Below the pieces are notes generated by a model. The model saw only the letters and a program-made list of their open reading frames with translations, was not told the DNA's origin and did no database searches. DNA of 32,000 bases, taken from positions 1 through 32,000 of the forward strand of contig JAHJIN010000418.1 in assembly GCA_018823415.1 (NCBI GenBank), given 5' to 3'. Origin of the DNA: Chloroflexota bacterium (GTDB taxonomy: Bacteria > Chloroflexota > JAHJIN01). This document shows positions 8,311 to 15,961 of the stretch, one piece after another. Position 1 is the stretch's first letter. Each line of letters opens with the position of its first letter. Position numbers and translations under genes: made by a program.

Positions 8311-10290
8311 ATGACGGAGGAAAAACGCACCATTGACCCCGCGGTCGCAGAATTGTTGTTTACCTGTGATGAAGGGGAAATCGGCACGGCTTTCAGTCGC
8401 GCTGAGAATATGAAGCCCTGTCCTATCGGACGAGAAAGCGCCTGTTGCAAGAACTGCTTTATGGGACCATGCCGGCTCACCGGCAAGGACAAGGAAGAAA
8501 AGACAGGCGTTTGCGGGGCCAGCATGGGTGTTATCGCGGCCCGCAACTTGCTCCGGGCCATTGCCGCCGGGGCAGCCTCTCACTCGGACCATGGGCGGGA
8601 TATGGCTTTTACCTTGTTGGCCGTGGCCAACGGCGAAGCCCCCAGCTACCAGATCACGGACGTGAAAAAGCTCCATGCCGTGGCCGGCTATATGGGTATC
8701 CCCACCCAAGGCCGCAGCAAAGAAGACATCGCCCGGGATGTGGCAACCCAGGCATTGAGGGACTTTGGTCAGCAAGGCCACACCGAAGTATCGTATGTGT
8801 CTCGCGCCACTCCCAAGCGGCAAAAGATCTGGCGTGACCTGGACATCGTCCCCCGGGCCGTTGACCGCGAGATCGTGGAAGCGTTGGGGCGCACCCACAT
8901 CGGCGATGACCAGCAAGTGCAGAGCCTGTTGACCCACGCGATGCGCTGCGCTTTGGGCGACGGTTGGGCCGGTTCCATGCTGTCCACCGACATCTCGGAC
9001 ATCCTCTTTGGCACCCCCAACCCCGGCACGACCCGGATCAACCTGGGCGTGCTCGCCGATGACGAGGTGAATATCATCGTCCACGGTCACGAGCCCACCC
9101 TGAGCATGATGATCGTGGCGGCAGCCCAGGACCCGGAGATGATCGAGTACGCCCGCAGCAAAGGCGCCAAGGGCATCAACCTGTCCGGCATCTGCTGCAC
9201 GGCCAACGAGATCCTCATGCGCCAGGGCGTGTCCAGCGCCGGGAATTTCCTGAGCCAGGAACTTGCCATCATCACCGGGGCCGTGGAAGCCATGGTAGTG
9301 GACATCCAGTGCATCTTTCAGGCTCTGGTACCACTGGCAGAGAGCTACCACACGGAAATCATCACCACTTCCCCCAAGGTCCACATCGAGGGGGCCACGC
9401 ACATCGAGTTCGACGAGCACCGCGCCATGGACATCGCCAAAGAGATCGTCAAGCGGGCCATCGACAACTATCCCAACCGGGGCGAGACCCGCATCCCCGA
9501 GATCCGCGAGGGCATGGTGGCCGGCTTTAGCCACGAGTACATTCGCTACATGCTGGGCGGCACCTATCGCGCGTCCTTCCGGCCCCTGAACGATGCCATC
9601 ATCAGTGGCCGCATTCGGGGCGCGGTGGGTATCGTGGGCTGCAACAACCCGCGCACCTGCCATGACCTGAGCCACGCCTACCTGGTGAAAAAGTTTATCG
9701 AGAACGACGTGCTGGTGGTCATGACCGGCTGCGGCGCGTTGTGCGCCGGCAAGTACGGCATGCTCACCCCAGAGGCCCTGGCGGCCGCCGGACACGGCCT
9801 GCGCGAGGTCTGCGAGACCGTGGGCATGCCACCGGTGCTGCACCTGGGTTCGTGTGTAGACAACACCCGCATCCTCACCATCCTCACCGAAGTTGCCACC
9901 GAAGGCGGCCTGGGCGAAGACATCGACGACCTGCCGGCCGTGGGCCTGGCTCCCGAGTGGATGAGCGAAAAGGCCCTGAGCATCGCCACGTACTTTGTGG
10001 CCTCGGGCGCCTACGTCATCATGGGCGTGGGCAACCCGGTGGAAGCCTCCAGCGAAGTGAATCGGTTCATCACCGACGAGTGGGAAAAGATGGTAGGTGG
10101 TCGGCTCGAGTTCGTGGAAGACCCGGACGAGATGCTGCGCCGGTCGCTGGCGCACATTGACAAGAAGCGCGAGGCGCTCAAGCTCGTGCCGTGGGATCCC
10201 GATCGCTTCAAAAAGGATACCGTGACCTGGGACGAGGCGCTGGGGTTCGGCACGTCGGTGTCAATGCCCGCGGCGATGGAGGTAGTTTAG
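8311..10290 (+). CDS. acsA: Anaerobic carbon monoxide dehydrogenase catalytic subunit
   Basis: KPCPIGRESACCKNCFMGPCRLTG (D/B cluster region), GVCGASMGVIAARNLLRAIAAGAASHSDHGR, VSSAGNFLSQELAIITGAVEAMVVDIQC, VGIVGCNNPRT and HLGSCVDNTRIL. GGAG precedes ATG 8311. Confidence 0.96.
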   Translation: MTEEKRTIDPAVAELLFTCDEGEIGTAFSRAENMKPCPIGRESACCKNCFMGPCRLTGKDKEEKTGVCGASMGVIAARNLLRAIAAGAASHSDHGRDMAFTLLAVANGEAPSYQITDVKKLHAVAGYMGIPTQGRSKEDIARDVATQALRDFGQQGHTEVSYVSRATPKRQKIWRDLDIVPRAVDREIVEALGRTHIGDDQQVQSLLTHAMRCALGDGWAGSMLSTDISDILFGTPNPGTTRINLGVLADDEVNIIVHGHEPTLSMMIVAAAQDPEMIEYARSKGAKGINLSGICCTANEILMRQGVSSAGNFLSQELAIITGAVEAMVVDIQCIFQALVPLAESYHTEIITTSPKVHIEGATHIEFDEHRAMDIAKEIVKRAIDNYPNRGETRIPEIREGMVAGFSHEYIRYMLGGTYRASFRPLNDAIISGRIRGAVGIVGCNNPRTCHDLSHAYLVKKFIENDVLVVMTGCGALCAGKYGMLTPEALAAAGHGLREVCETVGMPPVLHLGSCVDNTRILTILTEVATEGGLGEDIDDLPAVGLAPEWMSEKALSIATYFVASGAYVIMGVGNPVEASSEVNRFITDEWEKMVGGRLEFVEDPDEMLRRSLAHIDKKREALKLVPWDPDRFKKDTVTWDEALGFGTSVSMPAAMEVV

Positions 10291-10291
10291 C

Positions 10292-12535
10292 ATGTCCAAA
10301 TATATCGCTAGCGCCGTGCATCGCGGCGCACGCAACCTGGTTCGTGAAGCAGACGATGCGCTCCAGGCCGCTCTGGCCGAGTATGGCCCCGAGCAAAAGG
10401 TGGCGTTCCCCAACACTGCCTATTATCTGCCCACTATCTTTGGCCTCATGGGCCACAAGGTAGAGACCCTGGGCGATCTGCCCCCGGTCATCGACCACTG
10501 CAACGAGCTGGTCCATCCGGTCCCCGGCGACCATCTGTGGCTGCCCTACCTGGGCGAAACCCTGGACGCCGGCATGGCGACTCTGTTTGCCGCCGAGACC
10601 ATCGAGGGCATCCGCTACATGCGGGGCACCGAGCCCACGCCTATCACCTGGGACGCAGATTATGAGGGGCGCCAGTTCCTCAACGGCCCCATCGACGACG
10701 TGCAGTTGCGGTCGTGGGGCATTCAGCTCGTAGACGGCCGCATGCCCGGCTTTGCGGCCCTGGTGGGCTGCGCCAAGAGCAACGAGGTGGCTGTCCACAT
10801 CGTCCGCGAACTCCAGCGGCGGGGCATCCTCATCTTTCTCTGCGGCAACGTCAACGGCCGCAGCATCATCCACCAACTGATGGAAGAGGGCGTTCAACTG
10901 GGGTACGACACCTTTACCGTGCCCTTTGCCCTGGATACCATTTCGGCCATCTATCCCCTGGGCTTTGCCACTCGCGCCGCGCTGACCTTTGGCGGCCTCA
11001 AAGCCGGTCAGGCCCGGGACATCCTGCTATACAACAAGTTCCGCACCTTTGCCTTTGTGGTCGCCCTGGGCGAAGTGGATGACTTGAAATACGCGGCGGC
11101 GGCCGGGGCGATCAGCTATGGCTTCCCCACCATCGCCGATACCGCTATCCCGCCCATCTATCCCACCGGTGTCACCTCCTACGAGCACGTGGTGCCCATG
11201 CCCTTTGACCAGATCGAGGGCAAGGACGACTTGGAGCGCGCCGAAAGGCTGGTGCAGCGGGCCATCGAAGTGCGCGGCGTCAAGATCAAAATCACCGAAG
11301 TGCCCATCCCCGTGGCCTATGGCTCGGCCTTTGAAGGCGAGCGCGTGCGCCGCGACGACATGCAGGTGGAATTCGGCGGCAAAAAGAGCCGCTGCTTTGA
11401 ATACCTGCGCATGAAAGACATGGACGAGGTCGAGGACCACAAGCTCGACATCATCGGGACCGACATTGACACGGTGCCCGAAGGCGGCGCCATCGACCTG
11501 GGCATCCTGGTCGAGGTGTCCGGCCGCAAAATGCAAAAGGACTTTGAGCCCATCCTGGAGCGCCAGGTCCACTATTTCATCAACGCGGCCTCGGGCGTGC
11601 AGCATATCGGTCAGCGCGACATTGTGTGGCTGCGCCTCAGCAAAGAAGCCTTTAACAAGGGTTTTCGCCTCGAGCACTTTGGCGAGATTCTGTATGCTCG
11701 CCTGCACGGCGAGTTTGGGGCTATTCTGGACAAGGTGCAAGTGACCCTGATCACGGACCCGGACCAGATGGCCGAGTTGTTGGAAGAGGCCCGCGCGGCC
11801 TTTCAGGAACGCAACGAGCGCCTGGCTGGCCTCACCGACGAGGGCGTGGACACGTTCTACTCTTGCACCCTGTGCCAGAGCTTTGCCCCCACCCACGTGT
11901 GCGTGGTTAGCCCCGAGCGCCTGGGCCTGTGCGGAGCCTATAACTGGCTGGACTGCCGGGCGGCCAAAGAGATCAACCCCACCGGCCCCAACCAGCCCAT
12001 CCCCAAGGGCACCTGCATTGACCCCATCAAGGGCGAGTTTACCGGCCCTTGCGAGTTTGTCTACCAGAACAGCCAGCAGAGCGTGGAGCGCGTCACCATG
12101 TATTCCATCATGGACGCGCCCATGACCGCCTGCGGTTGCTTTGAGTGCATCGTGATGCTTTTGCCCGAGGCCAACGGTGTGATGGTGGTGAGCCGTGAGG
12201 ACCCCAGCATGACCCCCTGCGGCATGACCTTCTCCACGCTGGCCGGCACCGCCGGCGGCGGTTTGCAGACGCCGGGCGTCATGGGCGTGGGCAAGTACTA
12301 TCTCACCTCCAAAAAGTTCATGTCGGCCGAGGGCGGCTTCAAGCGCGTGGTGTGGATGTCGTCCTTCCTCAAAGAGAGCATGGCCGAGGAACTCAAGGCC
12401 GTGGCCGAGCGCGAAGGCGACCCGGACCTGGTGTCCAAGATCGCCGACGAGACCATCTGCACCGACGTAGACGGCCTGCTGCCATACCTGGAAGAGCAGG
12501 GCCATCCGGCGCTGATGATGGACCCGATCTTTTAG
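10292..12535 (+). CDS. acsB: CO-methylating acetyl-CoA synthase (CODH/ACS alpha in bacterial nomenclature, beta in archaeal nomenclature)
   Basis: NGRSIIHQLMEEGVQLGYDTFTVPF, FYSCTLCQSFAPTHVCVVSPERLGLCGAYNWLDC, GPCEFVYQNSQQSVERVTMYS and CGCFECIVMLLPEANGVMVVSRE (A-cluster regions). 747 aa including an N-terminal CODH-interacting-type region. Confidence 0.97.
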   Translation: MSKYIASAVHRGARNLVREADDALQAALAEYGPEQKVAFPNTAYYLPTIFGLMGHKVETLGDLPPVIDHCNELVHPVPGDHLWLPYLGETLDAGMATLFAAETIEGIRYMRGTEPTPITWDADYEGRQFLNGPIDDVQLRSWGIQLVDGRMPGFAALVGCAKSNEVAVHIVRELQRRGILIFLCGNVNGRSIIHQLMEEGVQLGYDTFTVPFALDTISAIYPLGFATRAALTFGGLKAGQARDILLYNKFRTFAFVVALGEVDDLKYAAAAGAISYGFPTIADTAIPPIYPTGVTSYEHVVPMPFDQIEGKDDLERAERLVQRAIEVRGVKIKITEVPIPVAYGSAFEGERVRRDDMQVEFGGKKSRCFEYLRMKDMDEVEDHKLDIIGTDIDTVPEGGAIDLGILVEVSGRKMQKDFEPILERQVHYFINAASGVQHIGQRDIVWLRLSKEAFNKGFRLEHFGEILYARLHGEFGAILDKVQVTLITDPDQMAELLEEARAAFQERNERLAGLTDEGVDTFYSCTLCQSFAPTHVCVVSPERLGLCGAYNWLDCRAAKEINPTGPNQPIPKGTCIDPIKGEFTGPCEFVYQNSQQSVERVTMYSIMDAPMTACGCFECIVMLLPEANGVMVVSREDPSMTPCGMTFSTLAGTAGGGLQTPGVMGVGKYYLTSKKFMSAEGGFKRVVWMSSFLKESMAEELKAVAEREGDPDLVSKIADETICTDVDGLLPYLEEQGHPALMMDPIF

Positions 12536-12600
12536 CGAATGGGCGAACCGACCATGAGCCATCGTCCAGGCAGTCAGTAGACCTGCTAGTATGAGTTGCG

Positions 12601-12642
12601 TCCCCCTCCCACAGAGGCATGGCTAGACCTGTGGGAGGGGGA
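12601..12642 (+). terminator. Perfect 14-bp hairpin downstream of acsB
   Basis: TCCCCCTCCCACAG - 14-nt loop - CTGTGGGAGGGGGA; followed by AATCATTGT, not a full U tract. Confidence 0.65.
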
Positions 12643-12659
12643 AATCATTGTATGTGGAC

Positions 12660-12688
12660 TTGACGCGAAACCTGGTATGCGGTAGAAT
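12660..12688 (+). promoter_or_regulatory. Putative internal sigma70-like promoter
   Basis: TTGACG-17 nt-TAGAAT, just after the acsB hairpin and about 70 nt before the CBS gene. Confidence 0.65.
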
Positions 12689-12761
12689 GGGCGCGGCACC
12701 ACACACAATCCTGGCCCGTTTACAGGCGCAGGGCCAAGTAGCTTTTTAGAGGAGAGAGAAC

Positions 12762-13178
12762 ATGACTGGAACTCAAGACAAACAGGTCAAAGACATCATG
12801 CACAAGGGCGTCATTACCTGCAAAGACGTCACACCGCTCACCGAGTGCGTGCGGGTGATGGCCGACACCGATGTGCACGCCATCATTGTCATGGAGGGCG
12901 GCAAGATCGACGGCATCATCTCGCACATGGATGTATTGCGCCTCTATCACCAGGAACTGGAGGGCAAAACCGCCGAATCGATCATGACGCCTTCGGTGGT
13001 GGCCGTGACACCCGATACCCCTGTGGCTGACGCCGTCCGGGTCATGCTGGAGCACGACATCCATCGCCTGCTCGTGGTGGAAGAAACCCTCGAGGGCCAG
13101 CAGCCGGTGGGCGTGCTCTCGACCACCGACGTGATCCGCGAGATGCGCGGTTCCAAGTGGGTCTGGTACATGGGATAG
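12762..13178 (+). CDS. CBS domain-pair protein
   Basis: VKDIMHKGVITCKDVTPLTECVRVMADTDVHAIIVMEGGKIDGIISHMDVLR plus AESIMTPSVVAVTPDTPVADAVRVMLEHDIHRLLVVE...VGVLSTTDVIREM. GGAGAG before ATG. Confidence 0.92.
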   Translation: MTGTQDKQVKDIMHKGVITCKDVTPLTECVRVMADTDVHAIIVMEGGKIDGIISHMDVLRLYHQELEGKTAESIMTPSVVAVTPDTPVADAVRVMLEHDIHRLLVVEETLEGQQPVGVLSTTDVIREMRGSKWVWYMG

Positions 13179-13185
13179 GAAATCG

Positions 13186-13222
13186 GCAAATGGGCACATA
13201 CGCAAATCAGTTGCTCATTTGC
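13186..13222. promoter_or_regulatory. Inverted-repeat element upstream of acsD
   Basis: GCAAATGGGCA - 15-nt loop - TGCTCATTTGC (11 bp, one GU) with a further internal GCAAAT. Confidence 0.4.
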
Positions 13223-13244
13223 ACATTTGTCAAGGAGTTGAAAT

Positions 13245-14207
13245 ATGCCAACAGTCGAGATCCCGGTTGAGAAAAACAAGGGCAAGGTACGCGAGGTGAC
13301 GTTGGGGGCCACCGCGGCCGATGGCGGCACGCGCGCGTATACCATTACCGTGGGTGGGGAAACAGCCCTGCCCTTCTTGCATTTTGAGGGCGAGATCCCC
13401 CACCGGCCAGTTGTGGCGGTGGAGATTCTGGACAAACGACCCACCGACTGGTCGCCGTTGCTGCTGCAAGCCTGGGGCGACGTGGTGGATGACCCGGTGG
13501 CCTGGGCCAAGTCCGCGGTGGACGCCGGCGCCGATCTGATCCAGATCACCCTTGCCAGCACGCACCCCGACGCCGACAATACTTCGCCGGCCGATGCCGC
13601 CGCCCTGGTCAAAAAAGTCCTGGAGGCGGTAGACGTGCCGCTCATCGTCAAAGGGCCGGGCCAGCCCGACAAGGACAACGATGTGCTGGTGGCCGTGGCC
13701 GAGGCCGCCAAAGGCGAGCGCGTGGCCCTGGGCCTGTGCGAGGACAAGAACTATCGCACCATTGTGGCCGCCGCCCTGGCCCATGGGCACGTGGTCATTG
13801 GCAGCAGCCCCATCGACGTGAACCTGGCCAAGCAGGTCAACATCCTCATCAGCGATGTGGGCCTGGGTCTGGACCGTGTGCTGATGGACCCCACCACCGG
13901 CGCCCTGGGTTATGGCCTGGAATATACCTATTCCGTGATGGAGCGCCTGCGGTTGGCCGCCCTTATGGGCGACAGCATGACCCAGCAACCGCTGATCTGC
14001 TTTGTCGGCCATGAAGCCTGGCGGGCCAAGGAATCCAAGGTTGGTGAGGGCGTGCCGGCGGCCTGGGGCGACTGGGAACAACGCGCCCGCACCTGGGAAA
14101 TCGTCACCGCCACCAGCCTGCTCCAGAGTGGCGCCGACATCCTGGTGCTGCGCCATCCCGAATCGGTCAAGGTCATCAAGCGCACCATCGACAAGCTCAT
14201 GAAGTAA
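13245..14207 (+). CDS. acsD: Corrinoid iron-sulfur protein small subunit (CODH/ACS delta)
   Basis: VVAVEILDKRPTDWSPLLLQAWGDVVDDPVAWAKSAVDAGADLIQITLAST, LGYGLEYTYSVMERLRLAAL and REV/ILLQSGADILVLRHPESV. Confidence 0.94.
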   Translation: MPTVEIPVEKNKGKVREVTLGATAADGGTRAYTITVGGETALPFLHFEGEIPHRPVVAVEILDKRPTDWSPLLLQAWGDVVDDPVAWAKSAVDAGADLIQITLASTHPDADNTSPADAAALVKKVLEAVDVPLIVKGPGQPDKDNDVLVAVAEAAKGERVALGLCEDKNYRTIVAAALAHGHVVIGSSPIDVNLAKQVNILISDVGLGLDRVLMDPTTGALGYGLEYTYSVMERLRLAALMGDSMTQQPLICFVGHEAWRAKESKVGEGVPAAWGDWEQRARTWEIVTATSLLQSGADILVLRHPESVKVIKRTIDKLMK

Positions 14208-14256
14208 AGTATCAACCAGCACAACAGCGCCCGGTGTATGGCGTGAGGAGGCTAAC

Positions 14257-14538
14257 ATGACAGAAGGTCCCGGCATCAAGGTAGAAAAGGCCACCCCAGA
14301 AAAGCTGGCCGAAATGGGGGTGGAACAATGGTCGCCCTGGTCCTGCGAGGCCAGCACGTTCGACTGGAGCTATGATGATACCGAGACGGCATACGTCAGC
14401 GACGGCCACGTGGTCATTCACACCGCCGCCGGCGACGTCGAGATCACGGCCGGCGACCTGGTGGAATTCCCGGCCGGCCTGGAATGTACCTGGGAAGTGA
14501 AAAAAGCCATCCGCAAAGTGTACAAGTTTGGCGACTGA
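14257..14538 (+). CDS. Small cupin-domain protein (Cupin_3 / PF05899-like)
   Basis: TFDWSYDDTETAYVSDGHVVIHTAAGDVEITAGDLVEFPAGLECTWEVKKAIRKVYKF follows the Cupin_3 pattern. GAGGAG upstream. Confidence 0.88.
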   Translation: MTEGPGIKVEKATPEKLAEMGVEQWSPWSCEASTFDWSYDDTETAYVSDGHVVIHTAAGDVEITAGDLVEFPAGLECTWEVKKAIRKVYKFGD

Positions 14539-14557
14539 CGCGAAAGGAGCATAGTTC

Positions 14558-15901
14558 ATGGGTCTATCTGGTCTGGAAATCTATAAACTGTTACCCAAGA
14601 CCAACTGCAAAGAGTGCGGGTTCCCCACTTGCCTGGCCTTTGCCATGAAGTTGAGCCAAAAGAGTGTGGAACTGGCTGCCTGTCCGTACGTATCGGAAGA
14701 GGCCAAAGAAAAGCTGGCCGCCTCGGCGGCCCCGCCCATCCGCCCGGTGACGGTGGGCGCCGATAAGAAAAAGATCACCGTGGGCGGCGAGACGGTGCTG
14801 TTCCGCCACGACAAGACCTTTTTCAACCCCCCGGGCCTGGTGGTGCGCATCCCCGACACACTGCCCGCGGCCGAGATCACCCGGTTGGCCCAGCAGGTGA
14901 CCGGCTATAGCGTCGAGCGCGTGGGCCTGGACCTGAGCCTGGATGGCTTTGCCGTGGAGAACGCCAGCGGCGATGCCGCCAAGTTTGCAGCGGCGGTAGA
15001 GGCCGTGCACGCCGTGGCCGACTGGCCCCTGGTGCTCATGTCCCCCAACCCCCAGGCGATGGAAGCGGCCTTGCCCAAGGCCGGCACCCGACCCCTCATC
15101 TATGCGGCTACGGCCGACAACTGGGAAGCCCTGGCCGGGCTGGCCAAGAAATTCAAGGCCCCCCTGGCTATCAAAGCCGACAACCTGGATGACTTGGCCG
15201 ACCTGTCGGAAAAGGTGGGCAATGCCGGTGTGCAGGACATCGTGCTGGATCCCGGCGCGCGAGGCCTGACCGACAGCCTGGCCGCTCTCACCCAGCTGCG
15301 CCGACTGGCGCTGAAAAAGAGCTTTCGCCTGCTGGGCTTTCCCATCATCACCTTCCCCGGCGAAGGCGCCGTGGACGCAGACGAAGAGGCCATCCTGGCC
15401 ACCGAGTTCATCGCCAAGTATGGCGGCATCATTGTCCTGGATCGCTTTGACCCGGCCGTGCTCTATCCGTTGCTCACCCTGCGGCTCAACATCTACACCG
15501 ACCCGCAAAAGCCCATCCAGGTGAGTCCTGGTGTCTACGAGATTGGCGCGCCCAAACCCGAATCACCGCTGCTCGTCACGACCAATTTCTCGCTGACCTA
15601 CTTTAGCGTGGCCGGCGAGGTAGAGGCCAGCGGCGTGCCCACCTGGCTCCTCATCTGCGATAGCGAGGGCATGAGCGTGCTCACCGCCTGGGCCGCCGGC
15701 AAGTTTGACGCCGAAAAGATCGCCAAAACGGTCAAGCAGTTTGGTGTGGCCGACAAGATCAGCCACAAAAAGATCGTTCTTCCTGGCTTTGTGGCCACCA
15801 TCTCGGGCGAACTGGAAGAAGAACTGCCCGGTTGGGAGATCCGCGTGGGGCCGCGCGAAGCCGTGGATATTTCCGGCTACCTCAAGAACTTTTGGACCTA
15901 G
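14558..15901 (+). CDS. acsC: Corrinoid iron-sulfur protein large subunit (CODH/ACS gamma)
   Basis: MGLSGLEIYKLLPKTNCKECGFPTCLAFAMKL...ACPYVSEEA (4Fe-4S module); GIIVLDRFDPAVLYPLLTLRLNIYTDPQKP; corrinoid-binding C-terminal region. Confidence 0.95.
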   Translation: MGLSGLEIYKLLPKTNCKECGFPTCLAFAMKLSQKSVELAACPYVSEEAKEKLAASAAPPIRPVTVGADKKKITVGGETVLFRHDKTFFNPPGLVVRIPDTLPAAEITRLAQQVTGYSVERVGLDLSLDGFAVENASGDAAKFAAAVEAVHAVADWPLVLMSPNPQAMEAALPKAGTRPLIYAATADNWEALAGLAKKFKAPLAIKADNLDDLADLSEKVGNAGVQDIVLDPGARGLTDSLAALTQLRRLALKKSFRLLGFPIITFPGEGAVDADEEAILATEFIAKYGGIIVLDRFDPAVLYPLLTLRLNIYTDPQKPIQVSPGVYEIGAPKPESPLLVTTNFSLTYFSVAGEVEASGVPTWLLICDSEGMSVLTAWAAGKFDAEKIAKTVKQFGVADKISHKKIVLPGFVATISGELEEELPGWEIRVGPREAVDISGYLKNFWT

Positions 15902-15909
15902 ACTCCACA

Positions 15910-15943
15910 AGACCTCGGGGGCCTACTTGGGCCTCCGAGGTCT
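15910..15943 (+). terminator. Intercistronic 14-bp hairpin (one GU)
   Basis: AGACCTCGGGGGCC-TACTTG-GGCCTCCGAGGTCT, no U tract, between acsC and acsV. Confidence 0.6.
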
Positions 15944-15961
15944 CGTGCGTAGGCGGGTGCT

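Noticed and set aside
8221-10155. 644-aa minus-strand ORF antisense to acsA (similarly 11027..12562, 14591..15508 and 15923..16762)
   Set aside because: Shadow ORFs caused by high GC3 in the true plus-strand genes. Composition is His/Val/Gly-rich with no recognisable domains, and the plus-strand frames have clear conserved motifs.
12947-13747. 266-aa minus-strand ORF crossing the CBS/acsD gap, Ser/Thr-rich
   Set aside because: Overlaps two confident plus-strand genes and has no domain or SD; treated as spurious.
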